DNA of 54,272 bases, from the IMG/VR virus record IMGVR_UViG_3300035701_000040, positions 1-54,272 of that record. One strand, 5' to 3'. A program made the position numbers and the translations under genes. This DNA is from a virus. Lineage: Duplodnaviria; Caudoviricetes. Every line of letters starts with the position of its first letter. The stretch's first letter is position 1. Shown here piece by piece: positions 35,101-43,757 of the stretch. The notes under the pieces are model-generated. The model did no database searches and was not told the DNA's origin. It saw only the letters and a program-made list of their open reading frames with translations.

Positions 35101-36830
35101 AAGTCTCCTACGCGCTCAGTGCGCTTCTTGCCAGACTCAGCCCGACTGATTCTGTCAAGATTGGTGTTAGCCATAAGCTGCTGAGCATACATGCCTCCCT
35201 CAGCATAAGTAAATGGCAGCTTGGGGTCTTCATCCGGCCCGCCAAAGGGCTTCTTCGAGCCGGGAGCACGAGGCGGTGGGGGGTACTGCTCACGGGCAAT
35301 CCACCCGAACAGGCCAGCCATGAACACATCGTCGTGCCCCTTGCGAACCTCGAAGTCAAAGACGTGGCCGGAGCGTTGCATGTTCTCAGCCTGCTGAATG
35401 AAGGTCTTGTCCATTGGGCAGCAACGCTTATGAGCAAGCGCACCACGAAACGTGGCGAAAGCCAGCTCGCGGCTGCGGTAGCTCGTTTCCCAGCCAAGCG
35501 AGGCGCGGCGGGCTTTACCAGGAGCGGCGTCATCGCGGGAGCCCCGCCAGAAGTAGAGATTGGGATAGTAATAGACATCACGAAGGCGCTTCTGTGTCAC
35601 GAGTCCGAGGTTCCCCGTCAGCTCGACATTGATGAGAGCACAATGGTTGCCTGCACGATAGTAGCGACCTGCGGCGTTGGCGAGGACGGTTAAAGTCTCT
35701 GGGTCAACCTTCTCGTCATAAACGGCAGCGCATTTGCCGGAGTGCCCATTCCAGATGAACATGCAAGCAAAGTCACCATACTCAGTGCCACGAGCGGCGT
35801 CAACACCGATGTAGTACCAACTCGCATCGTCAGGGTGCTCGTAGATGCGCCACCCGCCAGAGGCAGGCTCAAACTGGCTTCGGTCACGGTCAACCAGCTC
35901 GATGTGGCCTTTGGCAATAGGCTCAGCTTGAGTCTCACGCATGTAAGCGAGTTCGGCGCGGCTAAAGGAGGGGTCGCCCGACACCTGGAACGCGACACCT
36001 GGACACCACGGATACTGTTCCATGAACACGTCTTCGAGGCCGTGGCACTTTGACTCCATCGTATAGCGATACCAAGCGATTTGGGCTTTCGTTGCCTTAT
36101 ACGGCCTGCCCATCAGCTCCTTTTCGACATCGCCGCTAGGGGCATCGCTGGCCTCATCGGGGTTGCGCACACATGCAGGGTCTTCGAGCCAGCCTAAGAA
36201 CACCGGCAGATAGCCATTATCTCCATGACAAGCGGACTCCCAGTAGTTGTAGAACGCCTCACCATCATCGGTCTTGCCATTCGCCGTTGATTCGATGATG
36301 ATGATGGAGTTCGGGTCGTGGTCACTAACTGTGGGCAGTAAACTTGTGAAGCTGTCTTGACCAGGGTATCGCGCAGCTTCCGAAAGATGCAGACCAGAAA
36401 GTGTCAATCCATGCCCACTTATGACGTTACCCGCCGTGGCGATGCGAAGCTCACTTGCGCCTGCTGCGTGCGGGAAGTAGATTTTTCGTTGTGTTGGTTT
36501 AGGCAGCTCAAACGGCATGGAGCGAGCCCAAGTAAGCGGGTCTTTGAATAGGTCAATACTGGTGTTGAAGTCGTGTGCAACGATGAGAGCTTGAGCACCA
36601 GCTAGGGCATTGCAATGGGCAAACAGCATCCCATCGGAGAGCTTTGAGAACCCTACGCGGCGGCTCTTAACGCAGATGGCTCGAAGCGGGACGCCTGTGG
36701 CTCGCTGACGCTTGTAACCCTCAAGGGCTTTGCGCTGATTGAAGTTGAAGATGAATGGGGATTGGATGCCTAAGTCCCGATGGCGAATAGGCAGCTTAGC
36801 GAGGAACTTTTCAACGTGGTCTAAATTCAC
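35097..36830 (-). CDS. terL: Terminase large subunit
   Basis: Walker A-like VKSRRVGFS, Walker B LHLSEAA, coupling motif IIIESTANG, nuclease motifs YIGVDAARG and HDDVFMA. Confidence 0.93.
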   Translation of the reverse strand: MNLDHVEKFLAKLPIRHRDLGIQSPFIFNFNQRKALEGYKRQRATGVPLRAICVKSRRVGFSKLSDGMLFAHCNALAGAQALIVAHDFNTSIDLFKDPLTWARSMPFELPKPTQRKIYFPHAAGASELRIATAGNVISGHGLTLSGLHLSEAARYPGQDSFTSLLPTVSDHDPNSIIIIESTANGKTDDGEAFYNYWESACHGDNGYLPVFLGWLEDPACVRNPDEASDAPSGDVEKELMGRPYKATKAQIAWYRYTMESKCHGLEDVFMEQYPWCPGVAFQVSGDPSFSRAELAYMRETQAEPIAKGHIELVDRDRSQFEPASGGWRIYEHPDDASWYYIGVDAARGTEYGDFACMFIWNGHSGKCAAVYDEKVDPETLTVLANAAGRYYRAGNHCALINVELTGNLGLVTQKRLRDVYYYPNLYFWRGSRDDAAPGKARRASLGWETSYRSRELAFATFRGALAHKRCCPMDKTFIQQAENMQRSGHVFDFEVRKGHDDVFMAGLFGWIAREQYPPPPRAPGSKKPFGGPDEDPKLPFTYAEGGMYAQQLMANTNLDRISRAESGKKRTERVGDL

Positions 36831-36833
36831 AAC

Positions 36834-37574
36834 CTATCCCTTCGCAGCAGCGGGCGCGAACTGTCCCGCGCTAATACCTGCTGTGTAGCAACGAGCTGAG
36901 CACCACACATCGTTGGTGATAATCTGCGTCACTGGGTCACGGCGAGCCTGAATCATCTTGGCTTGGCGGAGGTCAGGAATCGGACGGCCACACTGGACGC
37001 AGGTGTAGTTACCTTCCTCAGCGGCACTGACGCGAGATTGCAGCTTACGAGCGCCCTCCTCAAGCAGCGCATGAGCAGCATCGAGAGTGTCTTGGCCTTC
37101 TCGCAGGTCGCAAGTATCCCAGTTGGGGAGCACTACCATAGTACTGCCAGCAGGCCAGCTCTTAACGTCGGGGCTATCTTCAATGACGACCTCAGCAGGG
37201 GCAACTCCCCTTGCATGGAAGGGCAGCTCACTCTCCTTGCGAACGACGCGGCGCGGAGCTTGAGTTGGGGCTGGCTCTAGGCCCACAACGTCAGGAGCAA
37301 GCGGACGGCCTTGAACTGCGGGGTCGTTCTCTCCTAGACCTCCAATGCTGTGTCGAGCGGGGTCAATCGCGCCTCCTGAGCCAGCTTCGGGGAGCCTACC
37401 ATAGTTCGGAGGAGGGTCAGGTGGAGCTTCACCACGAGGGGCTTTGGGCTCCACAGCAGCAGCTTGGCGATTAGCGAGCCGAGTGGCAGCAGACTTCTGT
37501 TGAGCTGCACGGCGAGCTTCAGGCGTCATCGCAGCGAAGCCTCGCGGGACCTTCACAACGGGTGTGTCAGACAT
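36834..37574 (-). CDS. Hypothetical protein with C-terminal zinc finger (position compatible with TerS, unproven)
   Basis: RGFAAMTPEARRAAQ N-terminus; CVQC..WCSARC; directly upstream of terL. Confidence 0.55.
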   Translation of the reverse strand: MSDTPVVKVPRGFAAMTPEARRAAQQKSAATRLANRQAAAVEPKAPRGEAPPDPPPNYGRLPEAGSGGAIDPARHSIGGLGENDPAVQGRPLAPDVVGLEPAPTQAPRRVVRKESELPFHARGVAPAEVVIEDSPDVKSWPAGSTMVVLPNWDTCDLREGQDTLDAAHALLEEGARKLQSRVSAAEEGNYTCVQCGRPIPDLRQAKMIQARRDPVTQIITNDVWCSARCYTAGISAGQFAPAAAKG

Positions 37575-37584
37575 GAGCGCTCTC

Positions 37585-37791
37585 CTATTGGGTCGATGGG
37601 ACTAGTGGTGGCTCCGGAGGCGGCATGGCTTCGACGGGGGTGACCCGCTGTGCCATCATGGGCCGAATCTTCTGCACCATCATCAATTCGCGGAAGTATT
37701 CAACGAGGCCCAGCACCAGAACCATGTTGCTTGGGTGCTGCACCTGAATGTCTCCGGTTGCTTCATCGAACTCGATTACGATTCGCTGCAT
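37585..37791 (-). CDS. Hypothetical protein
   Basis: AAGGAG RBS before ATG 37791. Confidence 0.55.
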   Translation of the reverse strand: MQRIVIEFDEATGDIQVQHPSNMVLVLGLVEYFRELMMVQKIRPMMAQRVTPVEAMPPPEPPLVPSTQ

Positions 37792-37954
37792 GGTGTTCTC
37801 CTTCACCTGTTCAACACTGGATTATAGGACGGAGGCATCGAAGGCCAGCAGGGAAGCGGTTGTGGCACCGATGACCACCCGCAGTACGGACACGCTTTCG
37901 GACTCGGTACGTCAATCAGGGTGTGACATTGCGGACAGTGCATCGACAGCTCCT

Positions 37955-38179
37955 TCAAGTGGAATGCAATCTCTTGGGCCGCAACCGTTGCTGAGCAGCG
38001 TGTTGACGAAGCTGAGCGTCTCGCCGCTGCTGCTGAGCTGCATAGGCTTTAGTGACGACCCGGATGCTCTTACAATTCCTGCAACCAAATATCCAATGGT
38101 CATCAGCTTCACCAAGCACGACGATTTGAGAGCGTTCGCACTCGCCCTTCTCGAAGGCTGCACACAGTGGCAGCTCCAT
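37955..38179 (-). CDS. Small Cys-containing hypothetical protein
   Basis: TGATG overlap with the upstream gene; C..C..CRNC. Confidence 0.5.
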   Translation of the reverse strand: MELPLCAAFEKGECERSQIVVLGEADDHWIFGCRNCKSIRVVTKAYAAQQQRRDAQLRQHAAQQRLRPKRLHST

Positions 38180-38709
38180 CAGAGTACCCCCAATGTCGAG
38201 CTGCTTCGTGCTCCCTGGCTCAAGTCACGGTGCTTCTTGAATCCCTGCCCGCGCGCCGGAGGCCAAGTTCCGCGCCGGATTCGAGAGCGCATAGCGAAGA
38301 TACGCTGCCCACGAACCCCCAATCTACGAGCCACTTCTGGACAAGCGCCGATGGCAGAGGTGTACCCAGCTTCGATGCCGCAGATGATTTTGGCGTAGAG
38401 CCATTCACCGGGCTGAGGCCGCTTGCCACGGACTTGCTCCCAGTGGTCGAGGCGGAGCTTCAGGCGCTCCAGCATCCGAGCGCGGAGTTCGGGAGGTTGA
38501 CCCTCGAACAGCATTCGGCGCGGGTGCCGCTTGAGCTTGCGCTCAAAGCTGAAGTCCTCACCAAGTAGGCGCAGGTTGCGGAGCTTCTCCTTGTGAGGCA
38601 TGAAGCCAGATGGGTTCTCCCCTTCCGGCATGATGATAGGGTGCTTGCGGAAGCTGGTGCCGTCGATGAAGGTCGAGGACATCGCGGACAGGGTTAGCAC
38701 AAGTTGCAT
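38179..38709 (-). CDS. Hypothetical basic protein
   Basis: 176-aa ORF co-oriented with its neighbours. Confidence 0.55.
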   Translation of the reverse strand: MQLVLTLSAMSSTFIDGTSFRKHPIIMPEGENPSGFMPHKEKLRNLRLLGEDFSFERKLKRHPRRMLFEGQPPELRARMLERLKLRLDHWEQVRGKRPQPGEWLYAKIICGIEAGYTSAIGACPEVARRLGVRGQRIFAMRSRIRRGTWPPARGQGFKKHRDLSQGARSSSTLGVL

Positions 38710-38715
38710 GGCCTG

Positions 38716-38907
38716 TCAAGCTATTTCTGTGGGAGCTGCCGTAACTGGTTGATTCTGTGGCTGCTGTGGGCGATGCGGCCACCGCTTCTCCCTCGCCTTC
38801 CGCATGTTCTCACGGGTAGCAGCGAGCTTCTTCGGGGTGCGAATCCTACCTAGCTGGCTAAGGTATTCGCGGGCTTCAGGGGTCAATGTCGGCTTCTGGT
38901 TGTCCAT
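38716..38907 (-). CDS. Small basic protein, probably leaderless
   Basis: YLSQLGRIRTPKKLAATRENMRKAREKRW; ATG 6 nt after a -10 box. Confidence 0.55.
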   Translation of the reverse strand: MDNQKPTLTPEAREYLSQLGRIRTPKKLAATRENMRKAREKRWPHRPQQPQNQPVTAAPTEIA

Positions 38908-38913
38908 GACCAC

Positions 38914-38949
38914 AGCCTACCACAACCCACCCCGGCTTGTCAAGCGGTT
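38914..38949 (-). promoter_or_regulatory. Sigma70-like promoter (AACCGC-TTGACA family)
   Basis: AACCGCTTGACA-18 nt-TAGGCT, with TGG immediately before the -10. Confidence 0.65.
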
Positions 38950-39260
38950 TGTGAGTCGGACGCATCTTTCGCTTCCTCCATGACAAGCCTCGAAACCCTC
39001 TCTGCGATAGTATCTCGTGCTTTAGCTATCTCATCAAACCAGCCATCGTATAGGACTGTGAAGTAGCGGCCCGTCAGCCCGCCGTGCTTGTGCTTCTCCA
39101 TGAACTCATCGAAGGCCTTGCCTAAGCCGGGGTTGGTACACCACCCAGAGCTGGGGTAGTACTTTCCGAGGTAGAACTTGGCCTTATCTATATCGAACTG
39201 ACCATCTGGTGAGTCATTGAGACACTTGACACACAGGAGATACATTCTCTGGTTTGCCAT
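38940..39260 (-). CDS. Hypothetical protein, probably leaderless
   Basis: MANQRMYLLCVKC..FYLGKYYPSSGW; ATG 7 nt after TATAGT. Confidence 0.6.
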   Translation of the reverse strand: MANQRMYLLCVKCLNDSPDGQFDIDKAKFYLGKYYPSSGWCTNPGLGKAFDEFMEKHKHGGLTGRYFTVLYDGWFDEIAKARDTIAERVSRLVMEEAKDASDSQTA

Positions 39261-39267
39261 GATGGAC

Positions 39268-39303
39268 ACTATACCACACTTACCAACCTCCTGTCAAGCG
39301 GTT
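39268..39303 (-). promoter_or_regulatory. Sigma70-like promoter (AACCGC-TTGACA family)
   Basis: AACCGCTTGACA-18 nt-TATAGT, with TGG immediately before the -10. Confidence 0.7.
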
Positions 39304-39677
39304 ATCGCATACGAGCTATAGATTTCGCTAGCCTCTCACCCACCACCCGTTATTGTGTTCACCAGCGGATTGTGTATAGAGACTAGGGCTATACAACGCC
39401 TCGCGTCTCGTGAGCGCGCGCGCCTGGGCTCGCAAGCGCGGCTGACGCGCCTCGCGCGCGAGGAGGCTCCACACGGGCGAGCGCGCGGGCCAGCGTGGGC
39501 GGGCGCGTCGCGGGCGGACCGCCCTGGGGTGCGCCAGATTGCGCCGGTCGGACAATTTGTCGCAACGGATATGGAATTCCATTTATCATATACCAAATAA
39601 CGGATATTGCCCCGTCAGTTGCAAACCCAGTTGTCGCCGATTGTTTGTTCTCAACAAGTTACAACAGCAACGGTTTT

Positions 39678-39693
39678 TGGCACGGCGATTGCA
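39678..39693 (+). promoter_or_regulatory. Sigma-54 (-24/-12) promoter
   Basis: TGGCACG-GCGA-TTGCA is an exact consensus match; IHF-like TCTCAACAAGTTA at 39649-39661; intergenic location. Confidence 0.65.
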
Positions 39694-40017
39694 AGGTTGT
39701 TTGGCGACAATCGAACGTGAGCGGCCAATCGGGACACCCAATCCCGACGGGCGACGGGGAGCAAGCCTTCCCCACGGGTTCAGCCTAAGAACTGGGCCTG
39801 CATGAGTCCCGCTAGGCGCTGCCAAGCGCGCAAGTGCCGCACTCGTAAGGCGTGGAACTATGCGGGCGATTGTCGGGCACCGAGCGTATCGAAACGGCGC
39901 ATACCGATAAGGCCGGAACATTAGTCGCCATGCCGGTATGCATATTCTACCGGCCTTTCCTTGCGCATCCCGCTGTAAAGCTGAGGTGTGCTAATTCAAC
40001 CTAGCGTGGAGGAAATT

Positions 40018-40242
40018 GTGCAAAACCAGACTCTCACAGTGACATTCTCGCAGTTCGACGACAAGAAACATTCCGTCCGCTATCGGGCGGATTCCAACGG
40101 CAAGGCAGCGATCGCCTTGCGTGACATCTACGTGGACAAGCTTGCGCTCGCGGAGAAGGGGCTGCCCCAGCACAACAAGCTCAAGGTCACCATCGAAGTG
40201 CTGCCCGAAGCAGCAACCGAACGGCCAGCGAAGGTCGAGTAA
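40018..40242 (+). CDS. Hypothetical small beta protein
   Basis: GGAGGA RBS before GTG 40018. Confidence 0.6.
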   Translation: MQNQTLTVTFSQFDDKKHSVRYRADSNGKAAIALRDIYVDKLALAEKGLPQHNKLKVTIEVLPEAATERPAKVE

Positions 40243-40361
40243 CAGTCCAGAGTGGTCTACTGTTTAGGCCACTCCCAGCGCATCTAGCGCAAGGAGTACA
40301 GCGTGCCGTGGGATGCGGTGTTCATGCTGGCGGTGAAGGCGTCGATGCAGGAGGTGCAACA

Positions 40362-40721
40362 ATGAAAGCGGCATTCGACTTCGATATAGCGGTAAGCTAC
40401 GACTACGTATCGAAGAGGAAATACCACTTAGTGTCCAAGAGCCAGCTTAGGAAGTTAGCGCAAGCTCTAGGGCTGAAAGCTGGCGAGTTTGACCTGCGTT
40501 CCAACATGGGTGGTGACGCAGTATCGGGTGAAGTAACACTCCACACGGACAACTTATATGTTCAAGTAAGCCAACCATTTGCAGACCTGCTAGGCATCCT
40601 ACTTCGCACATGCAAAGGCAGGAAGGACTATTGCGGAGGGCCAAACCACTTCGCGCCAGCTAACCTGCTAAACTCGCCACAACTACTCGCGGAGCACATC
40701 AGAAAAGCTCTTGGCGTATAG
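40362..40721 (+). CDS. Hypothetical protein (GGxAVSGEVTLH motif)
   Basis: GGAGGTG RBS; LRSNMGGDAVSGEVTLHTDNLYVQV. Confidence 0.65.
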   Translation: MKAAFDFDIAVSYDYVSKRKYHLVSKSQLRKLAQALGLKAGEFDLRSNMGGDAVSGEVTLHTDNLYVQVSQPFADLLGILLRTCKGRKDYCGGPNHFAPANLLNSPQLLAEHIRKALGV

Positions 40722-40737
40722 CAGGAGTGGCATCAAA

Positions 40738-40772
40738 AACCGCTTGACAGACTGTGCGAGAGGGTGTATAAG
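40738..40772 (+). promoter_or_regulatory. Sigma70-like promoter (AACCGC-TTGACA family) upstream of the Ubl operon region
   Basis: AACCGCTTGACA-17 nt-TATAAG. Confidence 0.6.
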
Positions 40773-40796
40773 GTCGAGGAAAGTTGGAGGTGCCAA

Positions 40797-41009
40797 GTGT
40801 ACAAGATGAACTTCTACTGCACAAAAGAGGCCGACGGCAGCATCCATGTTCAGAATGCCGTCATGGGCCACTTGGGGCAGCATCACGTCCACACGCTAGA
40901 GGACTTCGAGCAGTGGGGCAAAGGTGTTGACCTAGCCCATATCGTTATGCTTAAGGACTGCGCACCTTGCTCTTGCGGACTTAAGGCGGGTGAGGTCAAA
41001 GACGGTTGA
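40797..41009 (+). CDS. Hypothetical protein
   Basis: GGAGGTG RBS before GTG 40797. Confidence 0.55.
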   Translation: MYKMNFYCTKEADGSIHVQNAVMGHLGQHHVHTLEDFEQWGKGVDLAHIVMLKDCAPCSCGLKAGEVKDG

Positions 41010-41056
41010 TGCGTAGTGAGAGTCTAGTTTTGCACACCTTTAATCGGAGGTGCAAC

Positions 41057-41206
41057 ATGCTGAGACTGGTCGAACCTGAGCCGCTGCCGATGGAGTTCGA
41101 GCTTGTTGACAACGCGGTATTCGAGCTTGAACCCGCAGGGCTCGGGCTGTTCAAGCCTGTGTACCGATGGACGTTGGAGGAAATTGAGACGAGGCTGCAA
41201 AACTAG
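41057..41206 (+). CDS. Hypothetical small protein
   Basis: GGAGGTG RBS before ATG 41057. Confidence 0.5.
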   Translation: MLRLVEPEPLPMEFELVDNAVFELEPAGLGLFKPVYRWTLEEIETRLQN

Positions 41207-41281
41207 CGTGAGTAGCATTGAGCATTAGCTGGTAGCTAGCTAGTGCTCACTGGTGCTCACTAGCACCAATGAAGGTGCGAT

Positions 41282-41533
41282 ATGTCGAGTGGGCCTGTAC
41301 CACCTGAATACTCTGCTGCGGTTAAGGTAGTCGTCAAGCGGTACTGCACGAAGCAAGAGCTGTGTAGGGCCATCAGCAAACACATTGAGGGTAGGTTCAC
41401 AGTGTTTAATCCTATGCTGACGCGCCATGTACAGCCAGCGGAGATAATCAAGCCGGGCCAGTATATAGCTGCCTCTAGCTACACGCTGGGGGAGTGGCCT
41501 ATCAAGGTTCTGGCTGTCGAGGTTATCGGGTAG
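41282..41533 (+). CDS. Hypothetical protein
   Basis: AAGGTG RBS; directly upstream of the Ubl gene. Confidence 0.5.
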   Translation: MSSGPVPPEYSAAVKVVVKRYCTKQELCRAISKHIEGRFTVFNPMLTRHVQPAEIIKPGQYIAASSYTLGEWPIKVLAVEVIG

Positions 41534-41592
41534 CGGTGAGATACCTTACCGCCTCTCGCTGCATTCGGCAGCAACCTGAATGGAGGTGCCCT

Positions 41593-41877
41593 ATGGCAAC
41601 CAAAAAGAAGGCTGCCAAGAAGCGCGAGCCGGGTCAGGAAGTATGGGAACCGGCTGGAGCTGTCTCGACCGTCCGCGTGGTCATCAACGGTGAGCAAGCG
41701 GGTGAGGCGGGACAGCATGAGACTATCGGTGACGTGGCGAAGCGGTTCGCTCAGGCCCACGGCTTGCGGCGATTCTCTGTTGTCACTGATGGTCAGAAGC
41801 GCACAACGGCGGCTGGCGATACCTTGCTTACTAGAGTCCGCACTCTAGAGCTGGTAGCCAAAGACGCGCAGGGGTAG
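41593..41877 (+). CDS. Ubiquitin-like (beta-grasp) protein with C-terminal Gly
   Basis: GGAGGTG RBS; pattern VRVVING / TIGDVAKRFAQAHGL / FSVVTDG / TLELVAKDAQG-stop; neighbours are E1 and JAB genes. Confidence 0.7.
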   Translation: MATKKKAAKKREPGQEVWEPAGAVSTVRVVINGEQAGEAGQHETIGDVAKRFAQAHGLRRFSVVTDGQKRTTAAGDTLLTRVRTLELVAKDAQG

Positions 41878-42002
41878 CGCCCTGTGCTCACTGCGGCTAG
41901 CCTCAGTGGGCCGAGCGAGTGCCAATCGCGGCATGGTTCGGCTCACTTTGGGTAGGCACAGGAGACGGCTTACCGATTCTGCTCAGAGAGGAGGTGAATG
42001 CT

Positions 42003-43121
42003 ATGCAAAGAGCTAGAGTTAATTTGAGGCGGGATGCTGGGGGAGAGCTGGTGCTCACTATCACTGGAGCACTAGAGCCCTCCACAAGCGCTGTGCTGGC
42101 GAAGCTGCCAAAGACGGCGTTTAGGGGAATGGATAGATGGAGGCGCAGTAGGCTGAGCAGGCAGCCAATGCGGGAAGTGGTGTCCGAAGCTATCAGCTAC
42201 GGCACCTCCATCGAAACCGTGTCCAATGCCATCGCTGCTGCTATTCTGGAAACCCAGATAGCCAACGGCGAAGGCTTCACGTCTGAGGCTCCACTAGGGT
42301 TGGAAGGCCAGGACTTGCTGGTAGCGGGCTCGCCTGCGCTGCTAGCGGTCGGCACGGGGCTATTCCAGCTCACACCCATCGGGGTGATAGACGGTGCCAA
42401 AGGACTCAAGACGCTCCGGGAGAAGGCGCGGAGGCAAGTCGCGGCTGAGGCGGCTGCTCTCAAGGCCAATGCTGAGCAGGAAGCTGCTCGCATCGTCCAA
42501 CGGGCGGCTGAAATCGAGCACCGGGCGAGGGAATCAGCGCAAGAGTTGGTTCGCTCACCACTGGGCCGGGTGCCTACGGACATCATGGCGCATTACCCGC
42601 TACGCAGTAACCCGCTGTCGGTGGGGGTACACCTAGACGTGGTAGTGACAGAGTTCGTGAAGACTTTAGAGGGGCAAGTAAAACACTGGGCTGCTAGTGA
42701 GGCGCTGAGTGCAACAACTCTGCTCTGGGTGCCATTCGACCCAGCAACGGGCACGCTGAATGTCAGGAACTCTAGGGTTGACGCTGGGGCATACCAGCTT
42801 CCGCACGCCTCGCACGGGGGCACTTGTGTTGACTTGGCACGGGAGCCGAGGCCGTTTACGAGCTGCGCCAGTGTGGAGTGGCTCCAGCAGCAGTTGCAGG
42901 GTGCGTTCCGGGTAGTCAACCTGTCGTCGCTGCTGCTCTGGCCGAGGCATGGCTGGCATCCGGTTATCAAGAGCGTGTGCCCACCGGATGTGCTGAAGGC
43001 AGCGGACGAGAGGGTTCCTTGGGGCCAAGTTACGACCCGCCCGACTTCCGTTGAGCTAGTTGGCGCGGAGGCGGAGGGTGACGAGGAGTGGCAGGTCGCC
43101 CGAGTAGAAGGGGAGAGGTGA
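42003..43121 (+). CDS. Coiled-coil protein with C-terminal E2/UBC-like domain
   Basis: GGAGGTG RBS before ATG 42003; LPHASHGGTCVDL resembles the E2 active-site HPN..G.ICL; lies between Ubl and E1. Confidence 0.55.
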   Translation: MQRARVNLRRDAGGELVLTITGALEPSTSAVLAKLPKTAFRGMDRWRRSRLSRQPMREVVSEAISYGTSIETVSNAIAAAILETQIANGEGFTSEAPLGLEGQDLLVAGSPALLAVGTGLFQLTPIGVIDGAKGLKTLREKARRQVAAEAAALKANAEQEAARIVQRAAEIEHRARESAQELVRSPLGRVPTDIMAHYPLRSNPLSVGVHLDVVVTEFVKTLEGQVKHWAASEALSATTLLWVPFDPATGTLNVRNSRVDAGAYQLPHASHGGTCVDLAREPRPFTSCASVEWLQQQLQGAFRVVNLSSLLLWPRHGWHPVIKSVCPPDVLKAADERVPWGQVTTRPTSVELVGAEAEGDEEWQVARVEGER

Positions 43122-43124
43122 ACA

Positions 43125-43757
43125 ATGTCCTTTGAGCGGCAAGAAACGCTTGGCATCAAGCAGGAGCAGTCCGTCGCGGTCATCGGCTGTGGCGGGGTAG
43201 GAAGCTGGGTTGCCCTCTACCTCGCAATGGCTGGCGTCGAGCGGATTGACTTGTTCGATGGGGATACAGTTGACGGAACGAACCTCAACCGGCTGCCCGT
43301 GCCCAGGGCCTCTATAGGGCAGCTAAAGACAGATGCGTTGGCCGAAGTCCTCCAGTATCTACGGCCAGAGCAATCAGAGAGCCTGTTCTTGCACGGGAAG
43401 TTCGTTCCTAGGCTGGCTGAGGCTATGGGCATAGGGTGGGATTGGTTGGTTGTCACGACCGACACACTCAGTTCGCGGAAAGAAGCGTACAAGTACAGTC
43501 AGAAACATAGCATCAGCTACATAGAAGCTGCGGCGAACGGGCTGGCTGGCAGCGTAGCAGCGAGTCCGGCTGAGTGGGATTTGGAGGAAGGCGACCCGGC
43601 TGGCTATCGCACGGTGCCGGTGTTCGTCGGGCCGTGTGCGGCAGCGGCAGCGATGGCGAGCTACTATGTACTGCGCAACACTCCGATTGCCGAGGCGCAC
43701 CGAGTTGACTGGTACGACCTTAACGGGTTGAAGCTCACGGAAGCAAGCGATGAGTAG
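43125..43757 (+). CDS. ThiF/MoeB/E1-family adenylyltransferase
   Basis: FERQ arginine finger, VAVIGCGGVGS, DGDTVDGTNLNR, GQLKT, VVTTD..R. Confidence 0.92.
   Translation: MSFERQETLGIKQEQSVAVIGCGGVGSWVALYLAMAGVERIDLFDGDTVDGTNLNRLPVPRASIGQLKTDALAEVLQYLRPEQSESLFLHGKFVPRLAEAMGIGWDWLVVTTDTLSSRKEAYKYSQKHSISYIEAAANGLAGSVAASPAEWDLEEGDPAGYRTVPVFVGPCAAAAAMASYYVLRNTPIAEAHRVDWYDLNGLKLTEASDE

Noticed and set aside
37748-38398. 216-aa plus-strand ORF in the late arm
   Set aside because: It is antisense to coupled minus-strand genes, with no RBS or motif support.
43125-43757. ThiF/MoeB as a thiamine or molybdopterin auxiliary metabolic gene
   Set aside because: No thiG, thiS-GG, moaE, rhodanese or desulfurase partner is present; the neighbours are E2-like and JAMM genes.
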